The notes: a model not told the origin generated them from the sequence alone. 64,000 bases of DNA from Saprospira grandis (GCF_027594745.1 NZ_CP110854.1:1116241-1180240), one strand, 5' to 3'; positions 1-9,712 are shown, numbered from the stretch's first letter. Translations and numbers: made by a program.

Positions 1-410
1 GCCCCTTTGATATGGGGATACTGCGGCAGGATTTCGGCAGCTAAGAGTTGGCCATTGCCGCCCCCGCCCAAACGCTGCCCCTTTTTGGCCTGTCTGGAGC
101 TGGGGTCTCCCCCCTGAATCATAAAGCCTTCAATCACCCGATGAAAAAGCAGGCTATCATAAAAGTTTTGGCGGATCAACTGCAGCATATTTTCTCTGTG
201 GCCGCTGGGCTCAAAATAGAGCTCCATCTTCATTTCGCCATAGGGCGTTTCTAGGGCCACCAAAGAAGAAAAGGGATCGGGAGCGGGAATTAGCAAACTG
301 CTATCTATAGCCGCTGTCTTAGGGCTAGAGCGGTCTTCAATCTCTAAAGGGCGATGGCAGGCACAAAAAAGCAAGAGCAGTAGGCCAAGCGGGTATAATT
401 TCTGTATCAT
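1..410 (-). CDS. Peptidyl-prolyl cis-trans isomerase, cyclophilin type (partial; C-terminus lies outside the window)
   Basis: Reverse-strand translation from ATG (comp 408-410) gives MIQKLYPLGLLLLLFCAC...FHRVIEGFMIQGG. The signal/lipoprotein-like N-terminus plus the cyclophilin signature FHRVIxGFMIQGGD identify it. Truncated by the window edge, so it is absent from the ORF track. Confidence 0.7.
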   Translation of the reverse strand, partial: MIQKLYPLGLLLLLFCACHRPLEIEDRSSPKTAAIDSSLLIPAPDPFSSLVALETPYGEMKMELYFEPSGHRENMLQLIRQNFYDSLLFHRVIEGFMIQGGDPSSRQAKKGQRLGGGGNGQLLAAEILPQYPHIKG

Positions 411-443
411 TAGCGGTATTTTGGCCCTAAAATACTAAGGCAA

Positions 444-824
444 ATGCAAAGCAAATTATTTCTATTTAGCTTTTTTCTATCTCTTCCCTTTTCGCTGCTG
501 GCCCAAAGCATCCAGCTGCTAGATGGTCCGGCGCCCGAACAGCCCTATGCGGAATTAGTGGCCGAAAGCTGGGATGAGCAAGGCGCCAATTTTGAAATCC
601 TCATTGAAAACAAAGGAAAGGCGATGCTACAAATTGATAGCATCGCCCTGAGTTGCGATTGTTTGACTTTGCGGCCTTATCATAACATTCCCTTGCCAGA
701 AGATGGCCGCCGCCGCTTTTTTATTCAATATAAAGGTCCCAAAAAGCCTTTTGATTTAATGGCCATTATTTATAGCAATGCCAAAAATCACCCCGCCTAT
801 TGGCTGCGCCTAAAACAGGACTAA
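444..824 (+). CDS. Small secreted protein (signal peptide; function unknown)
   Basis: ATG start; N-terminal hydrophobic signal LFLFSFFLSLPFSLLAQ; 126 aa. Confidence 0.5.
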   Translation: MQSKLFLFSFFLSLPFSLLAQSIQLLDGPAPEQPYAELVAESWDEQGANFEILIENKGKAMLQIDSIALSCDCLTLRPYHNIPLPEDGRRRFFIQYKGPKKPFDLMAIIYSNAKNHPAYWLRLKQD

Positions 825-1972
825 TCCAAAGCCTCTTTAGGGTAAACCGAACGCTGAATCACTTTCTCATAATAGGCCTCATACTGAGGCAGTATGTTTT
901 CTATCGAAAACTTTTTGGCATGTTCTAAGGCCGCCTTCTGGAATTCCTGATGCAGCCCTTCATCCTTGAGCAACTTAATGGCATTGGCGGCCATTTCATC
1001 TACCTCGCCCAAATCGGAGCAAAAGCCCGTCACCCCATGCAAATTGACTTCGGGCAAACCGCCCACATTGGTTGAAATTACGGGGACCTCACAGGCCATA
1101 GCCTCTAGGGCCGAAAGGCCAAAGCTCTCACTAGCCGAAGGCATAATAAAGAGGTCCGAAACGGCCAATAACTCTTCTACTGCATCTTGCTTACCCAAAA
1201 AGCGAATATCTGCACAAAGGCCCAATTCTCTACACAATTGTTCTAACTTTTGCCGCTCTGGCCCATCGCCAACCAACAGTAGCTTGGCAGGTAACTCGGC
1301 CCGAACCTGCGCAAAAATCTTAACCACATCCTCTACCCGCTTTACCTTGCGAAAATTAGAAATGTGAATCAATATTTTTTCGCCATGAGGCGCAATAGCT
1401 TTGCGAAAATGCTCTTTGTTCGAGCGCTTAAATCGGTCAAAATCAATGAAGTTATAAATGACCTCAATCTCTTGGTCCACCTCAAAGTTGGCATAAGTAT
1501 CTTTCCGCAAACTATCCGATACCGCCGTTACCCCATCCGATTTATTGATCGCAAAACTGACCACTGGCTCATAAACGGGCTGCTTGCCCACCAGCGTAAT
1601 ATCGGTCCCATGCAAGGTCGTCACAGTCGGAATATAAATGCCTTCTTGCAGCAATATTTTCTTGGCCATATAGGCCACCGAAGCATGCGGCACCGCATAA
1701 TGCACATGCAAAACGTCTAGTTGATCATATTTGACCACATCCACCAACTTAGAGGCCAGGGCCGTCTCATAAGGCGGATAATCAAAAAGAGGATAGTCTG
1801 CAAAACGAACCTCATTATAGACAATATTCTCATGAAATCCATCCAAACGAGCCGGAGGAGCATAGGTAATAAAATGAACTTTATGGCCTCTATCGGCTAG
1901 GCCTTTGCCCAATTCTGTGGCAACAACACCGCTACCTCCATAGGTAGGATAACAAACAATTCCTATTTTCAT
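821..1972 (-). CDS. bshA: GT4-family glycosyltransferase BshA (N-acetyl-alpha-D-glucosaminyl L-malate synthase, bacillithiol biosynthesis)
   Basis: 383 aa. N-terminus MKIGIVCYPTYGGSGVVATELGKGLADRGHKVHFITY is the characteristic BshA/GT4 start. The C-terminal GT-B fold sequence (ESFGLSALEAMACEVPVIST) is also present. Confidence 0.8.
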   Translation of the reverse strand: MKIGIVCYPTYGGSGVVATELGKGLADRGHKVHFITYAPPARLDGFHENIVYNEVRFADYPLFDYPPYETALASKLVDVVKYDQLDVLHVHYAVPHASVAYMAKKILLQEGIYIPTVTTLHGTDITLVGKQPVYEPVVSFAINKSDGVTAVSDSLRKDTYANFEVDQEIEVIYNFIDFDRFKRSNKEHFRKAIAPHGEKILIHISNFRKVKRVEDVVKIFAQVRAELPAKLLLVGDGPERQKLEQLCRELGLCADIRFLGKQDAVEELLAVSDLFIMPSASESFGLSALEAMACEVPVISTNVGGLPEVNLHGVTGFCSDLGEVDEMAANAIKLLKDEGLHQEFQKAALEHAKKFSIENILPQYEAYYEKVIQRSVYPKEALD

Positions 1973-2070
1973 AATGACGCTTCTGTATGCTTTGGCCTCA
2001 AGATAAGGCCCGACTTATAATAAACAAAAGCCCTAAAAGGTTTTTAAATGATGTTTAAGCGTATTCTGCT

Positions 2071-2348
2071 GTTTTGGGGCGTTACTCCTTTCAGTCGTCG
2101 AACTGCGGCTTGCAGCCTTGTTGTCGCCTCCCTTCGGTCGTCGGCGGTTACTCCCTTTGGTCGTCGAACTGCGAACTAAAGTTCTTGTTGTCGTTCCGCA
2201 GCTCGCTGCTGTTTTGGGGCCTCCCGCCTGCGGCGGGCGCTACGTTTCGCAGCTCGCAGGTCTGCTCGGCCCTGCGGCCTGACGGCCTTGGTCTGCGGCT
2301 ACGCCGCACTGCTGCACATCGCTAGGCCGGTTGGCGGCTTCGCCGCCT
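2071..2348. repeat. GC-rich interspersed repeat family, copy 1 (approximate bounds)
   Basis: Contains shared modules gcgctacgtttcgcagctcgcaggtctgctcggccctgcggcctgacggccttggtctgcgg...cactgctgcacatcgctaggcc. A near-identical copy is at 51342-51505. Confidence 0.85.
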
Positions 2349-2380
2349 AAACCCAAACCTTTGGTCCAGCAAGCTGTTTA

Positions 2381-2566
2381 ATGCAAAAAAAGATGAAGAA
2401 AGACCCTAGAAAAAAGCCTTGGAAAAAAGAGCAGCTCCCTTCCAAAATTTGTATACATTGCGGCCGCCCCTTCAACTGGAGAAAGAAGTGGGCAAAAAAC
2501 TGGGATGCTGTAAAATACTGCTCTAAAGCTTGCCGCAATGGAAAAACGCCTACAACTTCAAGATAG
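2381..2566 (+). CDS. DUF2256-type small zinc-ribbon protein
   Basis: 61 aa, lysine-rich, with motif CIHCGRPFNWRKKWAKNWDAVKYCSKACR (C..C...PF.WRKKW....W..VKYCS..C), typical of the DUF2256 family. Confidence 0.7.
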   Translation: MQKKMKKDPRKKPWKKEQLPSKICIHCGRPFNWRKKWAKNWDAVKYCSKACRNGKTPTTSR

Positions 2567-2987
2567 AATACTGAGCCAAAAATGGGGCTTTTATGTCTTG
2601 CTTTTCCTCCTGCTCTTAGGAGGCAGCTACCTCAACAGACTCCTCAAAGCGGGCATCTTTGGCTGGGCCCTGCTGGCCTTTGGCCTCTGGCAACTTAGCC
2701 GCTCTTTTCAACTGCAATTGCGTCTGGCCCAAAAAGAAATTATCCTAGAACGACAAATTTTTGGCCTGACCATCAAACGCAGAAGCTGCGCTTTCTCTCA
2801 AATGGAATGCTGGGAGCATGGCTGCCGCCTCCTCTTTTTTCAAAATGGCCAAAAATGCCTAGAACTCAGCTTTGAAGAGGAAGGGCTTCGCTGGGCCGAA
2901 AATAACTACCAAAGCCTATTGGCCCAAGCCAAAATAGGACAAGCCCTCTGGGGCAAAATTATGCAGTATTATGGCTTTTTGCGCTAA
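2538..2987 (+). CDS. Hypothetical membrane protein
   Basis: 149 aa ORF with two predicted TM helices. Overlaps the 3' end of the preceding small gene by 29 nt. No recognisable motif. Confidence 0.4.
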   Translation: MEKRLQLQDRILSQKWGFYVLLFLLLLGGSYLNRLLKAGIFGWALLAFGLWQLSRSFQLQLRLAQKEIILERQIFGLTIKRRSCAFSQMECWEHGCRLLFFQNGQKCLELSFEEEGLRWAENNYQSLLAQAKIGQALWGKIMQYYGFLR

Positions 2988-2997
2988 AACTGGCCCT

Positions 2998-3152
2998 TTA
3001 CAGCGGACAGGCGGCGAAGCCGCCGCAGGCCTAGCGATGTGCAGCAGTGGCCGAAGGCCAGACCAAGGCGGCAAAGCCGCCGCAGGGCCGAGCGAATAGC
3101 GAGCTGCGAAACGTAGCGCCGCAAGGCGAAGCCGCAGCGGAGGCCCCAAAAA
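2998..3152. repeat. GC-rich interspersed repeat family, copy 2 (opposite orientation)
   Basis: ggcggcgaagccgccgcaggcctagcgatgtgcagcagtggccgaaggccagaccaagg...cagggccgagcgaatagcgagctgcgaaacgtagcgcc; reverse complement of modules in copy 1. Confidence 0.85.
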
Positions 3153-3306
3153 ATCCAGATGAATATGGAAACTTAACATTTTCTTGAAACAGCCTAAGCC
3201 ATATTTCCTTAGAAAAAAGCGACCTTTGTCCTCAATTTTAAGCCTTTAAGTTGGTCTAATTTGGGCCACAAAAGGATTTCTTCGAATCAATTTACTTGCA
3301 GAACCT

Positions 3307-4794
3307 ATGGATATCAAAACCACTGCTGCCCCCTTTGAGGAGCACTTGAGCAAATGGCGCGAAAATGAAAAAACAGCCCTTGAACTTCAGCGCCTAGTTG
3401 GAGAACTGCGCTTTGATCGCTCTATTGAGATTGTCCTTTTCCGTCGAGATATTTATGATAGCCGCCCTAGCCAAATTATTAATGACCACCTTTTTGCCAA
3501 AAATTACGTCAAAAAGCCCATTACGGCTCAGATGAGTTTGGCCATTACCGAGGCCATTGCCAAATTGGACCTAGCCCCCTCTAAAATTGATATTGGGAAA
3601 TTGGCCACAGAATGGCTGAGCCTAGACCAAAGTGAAAGCCCTAGCCTAGAAGAGTTTGTGGCCGATCAGCTTAAGGATTTTGTGGGACAAACCGCCAAAG
3701 ATGCTCAGAATGTCAGCCCCAAAGATGTGGTGGTTTATGGTTTTGGTCGTATTGGTCGCCTAGCCGTTCGCATTCTTACCGAAATGATGGGCCGTGGCGA
3801 GCAACTTCGTCTGCGCGCCATCGTTTTGCGCCCCCGAAAAGGAGGCGATTTGGTGGCCGAACTCAATAAACGAGCCTCGCTTTTGCGCAAAGATTCTGTG
3901 CATGGCAAATTGAGAGGAACCGTGCAGGTGTTGCATAAAGAAAACCAACTCATTATTAATAGCTGTAAGGTGCAGATTATCTATGCCGCCCAGCCTGAAG
4001 ATATTGACTACCGAGAATATGGCATCAATGAGGCCCTCATTATTGATAGTACCGGGGCTTGGAAAGACCGTGAAGGCCTAAGCCGCCACCTTCGTCCGGG
4101 CGTAGATCGCGTGCTCTTTACCGCTCCCGCCAAAGGCATCAAAAATGTGGTCTATGGCATCAACCAAAGCGATTTGGACCTCAATAGCGAGGACGATAAA
4201 GTCGTTTGTGCCGCCTCTTGTACCACCAATGCTATTGCCCCCGTGCTCAAGGTGCTCAATGATAATTTTGGGATTGAAAAAGGCCATATGGAAACTATCC
4301 ATGCCTATACCAGCTCTCAGAATTTGCTGGATAACTACCACAAAAAAGAACGCCGTGGACGTGGAGCCGCCACTAATATGGTCATCACTTCTTCTGGAGC
4401 CAGCTCGGCCCTAAAAGAAGTATTGCCCGCCTTGACAGGTAAAATTACGGGCTCTTCTGTACGGGTACCTATTCCCGACGGTTCTGTGGCCATTATGACT
4501 CTCAACCTCGATAAGGCCATCAGCCTTGAGGAGCTCAACCAAGCTATGCGTCAGGCCTCTTTGCATGGCGACCTCTTTGAGCAAATTCAATACTCTACCT
4601 CTAAAGAGTTTGTTTCTGCCGATGTGATTGGCGCCCAAGCTTGCTCTGTTTATGATGCGCCCGCCAGCAAAATTTCTGCAGATGGCAAAACCATTACCAT
4701 CTATGTTTGGTACGATAACGAATATGGCTACACCCGCCAAGTACTTCGCCTGGCCAAATATGTGAGCCAAGTACGCCGCTATCACTACTACTAG
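3307..4794 (+). CDS. Glyceraldehyde-3-phosphate dehydrogenase family protein with ~140-aa N-terminal extension
   Basis: 495 aa. Rossmann motif VVVYGFGRIGRLAVR starts near residue 143. Catalytic-cysteine motif ASCTTNAIAPVLKVLNDNFGIEKGHMETIHAYTSSQ present. Confidence 0.8.
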   Translation: MDIKTTAAPFEEHLSKWRENEKTALELQRLVGELRFDRSIEIVLFRRDIYDSRPSQIINDHLFAKNYVKKPITAQMSLAITEAIAKLDLAPSKIDIGKLATEWLSLDQSESPSLEEFVADQLKDFVGQTAKDAQNVSPKDVVVYGFGRIGRLAVRILTEMMGRGEQLRLRAIVLRPRKGGDLVAELNKRASLLRKDSVHGKLRGTVQVLHKENQLIINSCKVQIIYAAQPEDIDYREYGINEALIIDSTGAWKDREGLSRHLRPGVDRVLFTAPAKGIKNVVYGINQSDLDLNSEDDKVVCAASCTTNAIAPVLKVLNDNFGIEKGHMETIHAYTSSQNLLDNYHKKERRGRGAATNMVITSSGASSALKEVLPALTGKITGSSVRVPIPDGSVAIMTLNLDKAISLEELNQAMRQASLHGDLFEQIQYSTSKEFVSADVIGAQACSVYDAPASKISADGKTITIYVWYDNEYGYTRQVLRLAKYVSQVRRYHYY

Positions 4795-4813
4795 ACGCTT
4801 GTCTTTATTGTAT

Positions 4814-4847
4814 AAAAAAAGGACTGCCTAAGGCAGTCCTTTTTTTG
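4814..4847. terminator. Bidirectional rho-independent terminator between convergent genes
   Basis: aaaaaaaGGACTGCCtaagGCAGTCCttttttt: perfect 8-bp stem with an A-run on one side and a T-run on the other. Confidence 0.75.
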
Positions 4848-4861
4848 TGCCCTACCAAGAG

Positions 4862-5278
4862 TTAACGCACAATATTTTCATGCAAAATGGCCAGCTGCTC
4901 TTTCTGGGCCAACCATTTTTTTAGGGCCAAAAAGCGAGCCTCTCGCTCAGTGCCCGAATAAATAGACAGCTCAATAACAAAGGGCCAATCTTGATAAGAG
5001 GAAAATAAAATCTTTTCTGGTTGATGATTCTGATAGACCGAAAAACTACTAAAAACCTCCTGATCAACCGACTGATAAATCTGCCCAAAAGAAGGCGATA
5101 CAGACAGCTGATAGCTCAACCCATACTGCTTTTCAAAAAGCGACAAAACGGTTTTTACATCCTCGGCCTTAGCGCCAATCTCTAAATAATACTCTACAGC
5201 TTCTGTCATACTACTGCTCGTTTGCGCCATTAAAATGCTGCTGCAAAATAATAGCAGGGGGATTAAAAAATTCTTCAT
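4862..5278 (-). CDS. Secreted hypothetical protein
   Basis: 138 aa; signal peptide MKNFLIPLLLFCSSILMAQ; ATG start. Confidence 0.5.
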   Translation of the reverse strand: MKNFLIPLLLFCSSILMAQTSSSMTEAVEYYLEIGAKAEDVKTVLSLFEKQYGLSYQLSVSPSFGQIYQSVDQEVFSSFSVYQNHQPEKILFSSYQDWPFVIELSIYSGTEREARFLALKKWLAQKEQLAILHENIVR

Positions 5279-5416
5279 ATTAACATTTTTGAGGTAAGGG
5301 GCTCAAAATAAAACATTTAGCAGAAAATTAAAAAACAAATACATTAACCGTATCAATCCTTGCAATTATAAACCTAAGCTATTAACTTAGCGATACATAA
5401 TAAAAACACAAAAATT

Positions 5417-6178
5417 ATGCATCGACTAATTATCTTTCTCCTCAGCTTTTTCCCGCTTCTTCTATTGGCCCAAATCAATACCGACCGCCCCACTCAATCC
5501 GAAAGCTCGGCCCTTGTTTTGCCCAAGCAACTACAGCTAGAGCTGGGCAGTAGCTGGCAGCAAGCCCCCGATTTACAGGCCTATCAATTGCCTGGTTTTT
5601 CTTGGCGCTACGGCCTCATTAAAGGCTTAGAATTGCGGGCCTTGGGGCAGCTGCAGCACCTTCGTCCTGAGCAAGAGCAGCTAAAAAACTACTGGAACCT
5701 TTCGGGCCTTCAGCTAGGCACAAAAATGCAGCTTTTTTCTAGCTCTTCTGGAGCTGCAGAAGGGGCTTGGGTCAGCCAAATAGCCCTTCCTGTGCAGACT
5801 TATGCGGGAGCGAGCAACTGGGCCTGGACCAACAAATTGGCCTTTAGCCATCAGCTCAATAGCCGACACAATTTGGCCTATAATCTGGGCACTCATTATG
5901 CCGAAGGGGGCCAACATAGCTTTAGCTACACCCTTTGCTGGTCCTATAGTTTGGCCAAGGGTTGGACCATTTTTCTAGAGCCTTATGGGCAGTTTTCGCC
6001 GCAAAACAATCCGCAACTTTGGGCCAATACGGGCCTCATTTATTTGCTCAATAACAACCTTCAGCTCGACTGTTCTTTTGGCCTAGACCTACAAACGGCC
6101 CAACAGTATTTTATTGGCCTAGGCCTCAGTAGCCGCTTTTTTGCCCCTTCCAAGGCTAAAGAAGAAGAGGAAGACTAG
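5417..6178 (+). CDS. Putative outer-membrane beta-barrel protein
   Basis: 253 aa. Signal peptide ending LLLAQ. Alternating hydrophobic/aromatic beta-strand-like segments. Unusual acidic tail KAKEEEED. Runs directly into repeat copy 3. Confidence 0.45.
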   Translation: MHRLIIFLLSFFPLLLLAQINTDRPTQSESSALVLPKQLQLELGSSWQQAPDLQAYQLPGFSWRYGLIKGLELRALGQLQHLRPEQEQLKNYWNLSGLQLGTKMQLFSSSSGAAEGAWVSQIALPVQTYAGASNWAWTNKLAFSHQLNSRHNLAYNLGTHYAEGGQHSFSYTLCWSYSLAKGWTIFLEPYGQFSPQNNPQLWANTGLIYLLNNNLQLDCSFGLDLQTAQQYFIGLGLSSRFFAPSKAKEEEED

Positions 6179-6185
6179 TTGTTTT

Positions 6186-6345
6186 CTTTTTTGGGGCTGC
6201 CCCGCCCTGCGGGCGGGTCGGGCTCTGTCGCAGCTCGCAGGGCTGCTCGGCCCTGCAGGCTTTTTCGCTTTGCTTCAAAAGCCTTGGGTCTGCCGCCTTG
6301 CGGCGGCCCTGCTTTCCATCCCTCAGCCGGGGCAGTTTTCTTCGC
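6186..6345. repeat. GC-rich interspersed repeat family, copy 3
   Basis: ttttttggggctgccccgccctgcgggcgggtcgggctctgtcgcagctcgcagggctgctcggccctgcagg...ctttccatccctcagccgg. Confidence 0.85.
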
Positions 6346-6381
6346 TCCAATGGTAATTTCTAGCCACAATCTCCCCCTTCT

Positions 6382-6861
6382 ATGCCCTATCTTATTTTTC
6401 TTTCCCTCTTCTTGAGCAGCTCTTTTCTTTTGGCCCAATTGCAGCCTCTACCCGAAGCGGGCGGAAAATTACTTCTTCAGGGAGATAGTCTATTTTATAT
6501 TGCGCCTAAAGCCAGTTATCTCTATCAAGCGGGGCAATTTATTGCCCTAAACAAAGCCCCAAAAGCGCCCAAAAAGAAACCTAGTCTGGCCTGGGGCGCC
6601 CAAGAGCGATACATTTTGGACCAAAGCCAAAACTTTCGAGCAGGCTATTGGGCCAAAGATCTGGACCAAAGCGAGGCCCTGCTCGAACAAAAGAAAGCCG
6701 AAAGCTGGCAGAGCTTTCGGCTTTTCCTTCCTCCTTATGAGGATGCTTACATTTATAGCCTAATAGAAAAAGAGGAGCAATTGTACCTCTGTCTCTATCT
6801 AGACGAACAACATTTTTTGCAACTTATTGCGGTAGAGCCGCCGCCTCCTTCTCTAAAATAG
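6382..6861 (+). CDS. Secreted hypothetical protein
   Basis: 159 aa; signal peptide; its 3' end overlaps the convergent FMO gene by ~38 nt. Confidence 0.45.
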   Translation: MPYLIFLSLFLSSSFLLAQLQPLPEAGGKLLLQGDSLFYIAPKASYLYQAGQFIALNKAPKAPKKKPSLAWGAQERYILDQSQNFRAGYWAKDLDQSEALLEQKKAESWQSFRLFLPPYEDAYIYSLIEKEEQLYLCLYLDEQHFLQLIAVEPPPPSLK

Positions 6862-8200
6862 AGCGGTAGGTGCTTGTATCTACACAGAAAGGCATATTGT
6901 CCTGCTTCAAGTATTTATAACCCGCAGTCATATCTGGGTTTGGACCAGCTTTTTTCGTCTTAAAGTCTAGGGCTTCGGCACAGCCTTGTTCTAATCCAGC
7001 AATAAAGTTGGCCACTAAGCGGGCTTGCTCTGCTCGGCCTTCCCAGCCTAAACCTACGGCTTCTACCATACCCAAAACAAAGAGGTTATCATATTGAGGG
7101 TGGAACATATTGAAGTAAAGCTTGGGCGCTCGTTCTTGCCAGTTCAGCTCCTTTTTGTCAATAAAAGGATAATCTAGCTTATAGCCAGTCGCCAACATCA
7201 AGATATCGTACTCTTCCTTTTGGCCATTTTTAAAATGGACCGTCTGCCCCTCAAATTTCTTAATGTCTCCACGAATGTTAATATCGCCTTGGCCAATATG
7301 CTGTAAAATCAGCGTATTCATTACTGGCCGAGACTCATACACCTTATGGTCTGGGGCTGGAAAACCAAAATTTTGAAGGTCGCCAACTACCCATTTGAGG
7401 AGCTTTCCGCCAATCCATTGCTGTAAAGGACGGGGCAGGCGCCATTTTCCGCCTAAGGTATCTGAGGGTTTGCCCATAATATATTTAGGGACAAAATAAT
7501 AGCCTCTACGGACAGAGACATCTACCTTGGGCGAACGGTGCGCCGCATCTACGGCAATATCGCAGCCACTGTTTCCAGCACCAATAATCAAGACCCGCTT
7601 ACCTTCAAAGATGGCCGCATTTTTATACTGCGAAGAATGCCAGATTTCTCCAGTAAACTCCCCTTTAAACTTGGGGTAATTGGGTTGGGCCAACATGCCA
7701 TTGGCAATAATGAGCCCCTTGTATAGATGGGTGGAACTTTGGCCATTTTGCTCTACCGTAATCTCCCACTGCTCTCCTTTTCTTTCGGTCTTGATCACCT
7801 TGGTCTGAAAAGAGTAGTGAGGATAAAGGTCAAACTCCTCGGCATAAGCCTGAAAATAGCTATACATCTCTCGATGAGAGGGATAGTCGGGCCAATGCTC
7901 TGGCATAGGGAAATCCTTGAATTCCGTTTGCTTTTTAGAAGAAATCAGGTGAGCTGACTCGTAGACAATGCTATTGGGATTATTGATATTCCATAATCCG
8001 CCAACATCTACACCTAGCTCAAAGCCATCAAAAGGAATTCCTTGTTCCTTGAGTGCTTTGGCCGCAGAAATCCCCGAAGGACCGGCACCAATAATAGCAT
8101 ATTTTTTTTCTGTTTGGAGGAGGGATTTGGGGCCGTGGACATTATTCTTGCGATTGGGCACAAATATATCGTTTTGGTGAAAGCGTAAGATGCTAGGCAT
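6824..8200 (-). CDS. Flavin-containing monooxygenase-like NAD(P)/FAD-binding oxidoreductase
   Basis: 458 aa. N-terminal dinucleotide-binding motif YAIIGAGPSGISAAKAL plus FMO-like GVDVGGLWN. Second GxGxxG motif VLIIGAGNSGCDIA. Confidence 0.8.
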   Translation of the reverse strand: MPSILRFHQNDIFVPNRKNNVHGPKSLLQTEKKYAIIGAGPSGISAAKALKEQGIPFDGFELGVDVGGLWNINNPNSIVYESAHLISSKKQTEFKDFPMPEHWPDYPSHREMYSYFQAYAEEFDLYPHYSFQTKVIKTERKGEQWEITVEQNGQSSTHLYKGLIIANGMLAQPNYPKFKGEFTGEIWHSSQYKNAAIFEGKRVLIIGAGNSGCDIAVDAAHRSPKVDVSVRRGYYFVPKYIMGKPSDTLGGKWRLPRPLQQWIGGKLLKWVVGDLQNFGFPAPDHKVYESRPVMNTLILQHIGQGDINIRGDIKKFEGQTVHFKNGQKEEYDILMLATGYKLDYPFIDKKELNWQERAPKLYFNMFHPQYDNLFVLGMVEAVGLGWEGRAEQARLVANFIAGLEQGCAEALDFKTKKAGPNPDMTAGYKYLKQDNMPFCVDTSTYRSILEKEAAALPQ

Positions 8201-8423
8201 CTGCGCTATAATAGACTTTCTGCCAATAGATAACGGTTTTCAAAAAAAAATGAAAATTTCTACCGTTAAAAAAATCTAATGAATTGAAAATATCGTAGTA
8301 GGCGACTTTTTTATAAAAAAGCTGTAGTGAGGGGTAACAAAACCTTAAGAATTGTCATCTATACAATATAGTCTTAGATAAATATGTACCTAAGACCTCT
8401 TATCTCACCTAAAGCTTAATTTA

Positions 8424-9488
8424 ATGTCTAGATTATTATTTTTACCCTTACTCTTATTCTTCTTCTACCAACCGGCAGAAGCTCAACTAATGAACCGTCT
8501 TAAGAATAAGGCAAAGGCTGGTGTTGCAGGCGTGAAGGCCCAACCCAAAGCCCCAGAAGATGTCAAAAAACTTTCTGTAGAAGAGCGTCGCGCACTTTAT
8601 GCAAAAAATGAAAACTACCAAGTTGTGGTTGGCAACCTGCGCTTTCCCGCCAAAGATGGCCGAGCAGAATCAGAGGTAGCAGGTGCGGCCTTTGCGGCCA
8701 AAATGCCCAATGCCAACTCTATTGACTTGGCTGCGCCCTTAGAGCAAGAAGATCTCATCAAGTTTGTGAGCTTTCCCGAAACTAAAGACTGGGTAGGTGC
8801 TGGCGAACAATTTTACTCTATTGTAGAAATGAGCTGCTTTATTTATGACCAAGAGGCTCAAAAAAGCTATAATCCCGGCCAATATCAAAAAGCGGGAAGA
8901 ATGCTACAAATGGCTGATGGTAGCTGGATCGTTTATGTGGTCCAAATGCAATCTGCCAGAGAGTTTGGCCCAGTAGAAATGGTAGCCGCTGGCGCAAAAA
9001 CAGAAGCCAAAGCCCAGGAGTTGTTCAAGGCCCAAAGCTCTATCGATAAAGCCGAGGCCGTAGAAGCTAAAATTAGAGCCTATATGGCTGCCGAAGAAGC
9101 CAAGCAACTAGAAGCCCGCCGACAGGCTGCCGCCAAAGTGCAAGTGCCTAAAAAAGGCGCTATGGATAAAAATAGCGACCTCCGCGCTTTGTCTAAAAAA
9201 TACTTGACTGAGCTTTGCGAAAAAGACGGCACTCCCCTACTCTATTTTCACCTAGAGTCTAATGACTGGACCCCCTACATGAACCAACTCACCTCTAAGC
9301 CTTTTTACCGCTGGTGTAAGGGTGCTTTTGTTCAGAAGAATAAAGATGGTAGCTGTATGCTTCATGGCTTTACGCTCAAGCAGCGTTATGTGGGTGGAAA
9401 ATACCATACAGAGATTGAATTTGGTGGCGTTATCCAGGGCCAAGTGCCTTATGGTAGCTACATCAGCTGCGATAATATTCCGAAATAA
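8424..9488 (+). CDS. Secreted hypothetical protein
   Basis: 354 aa; signal peptide LLFLPLLLFFFYQPAEAQ; no recognisable catalytic motif. Confidence 0.55.
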   Translation: MSRLLFLPLLLFFFYQPAEAQLMNRLKNKAKAGVAGVKAQPKAPEDVKKLSVEERRALYAKNENYQVVVGNLRFPAKDGRAESEVAGAAFAAKMPNANSIDLAAPLEQEDLIKFVSFPETKDWVGAGEQFYSIVEMSCFIYDQEAQKSYNPGQYQKAGRMLQMADGSWIVYVVQMQSAREFGPVEMVAAGAKTEAKAQELFKAQSSIDKAEAVEAKIRAYMAAEEAKQLEARRQAAAKVQVPKKGAMDKNSDLRALSKKYLTELCEKDGTPLLYFHLESNDWTPYMNQLTSKPFYRWCKGAFVQKNKDGSCMLHGFTLKQRYVGGKYHTEIEFGGVIQGQVPYGSYISCDNIPK

Positions 9489-9512
9489 TAGGTTTTCGGT
9501 TTGATGATGAAA

Positions 9513-9538
9513 AGGGAGCTTAGGCTCCCTTTTTTTTG
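9513..9538 (+). terminator. Rho-independent terminator
   Basis: AGGGAGCttagGCTCCCtttttttt immediately after the stop of the 8424..9488 gene. Confidence 0.75.
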
Positions 9539-9552
9539 GTCCATTTTTGCGC

Positions 9553-9712
9553 CTAGAGGAGCGAAGCGACTGGCCCAGCGCTGCGGAGTGGGTGGCCGAA
9601 GGCCAGACCCAAGCCGCCGCAGGCGGCTGCAGGGCCGAACAGACCTGTGAGCCCCGCAGCATAGCGGCGGCCGACCGAGGCGCAGCCGAGCCGGCCGCGG
9701 GCCCCAAAGCAT
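9553..9712. repeat. GC-rich interspersed repeat family, copy 4
   Basis: cccagcgctgcggagtgggtggccgaaggccagacccaagccgccgcaggcggctgcagggccgaacagacctgtgagccccgcagcatagcggcggccgac...; nearly identical to copy 19 (61693-61845). Confidence 0.85.

Noticed and set aside
966-1720. Antisense ORFs nested within well-supported genes (e.g. 966..1367 and 1364..1720 in bshA; 10223..10618 in metK; 22187..22783 in bioF; 23091..24873 in relA; 47536..48892 in dnaK; 42654..43596 around dnaJ/grpE; 31103..32223 in yfhO)
   Set aside because: They lie entirely inside genes whose products have clear conserved motifs on the other strand. Their composition mirrors that of the sense gene, and they have no independent support.
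2074-2325. Short Ala/Arg/Pro/Gly-rich ORFs inside the GC-rich repeats (e.g. 2074..2325, 2916..3179, 6141..6438, 9252..9712, 12771..12989, 13355..13698, 21061..21735, 30065..30388, 35582..35836, 37084..37502, 41838..42116, 44202..44415, 51299..51508, 57690..57956, 59624..59996)
   Set aside because: They occur in several overlapping frames on both strands of the same repeat copies, have low-complexity composition driven by GC content, and lack starts or partners. They are artefacts of open frames in GC-rich repeats.
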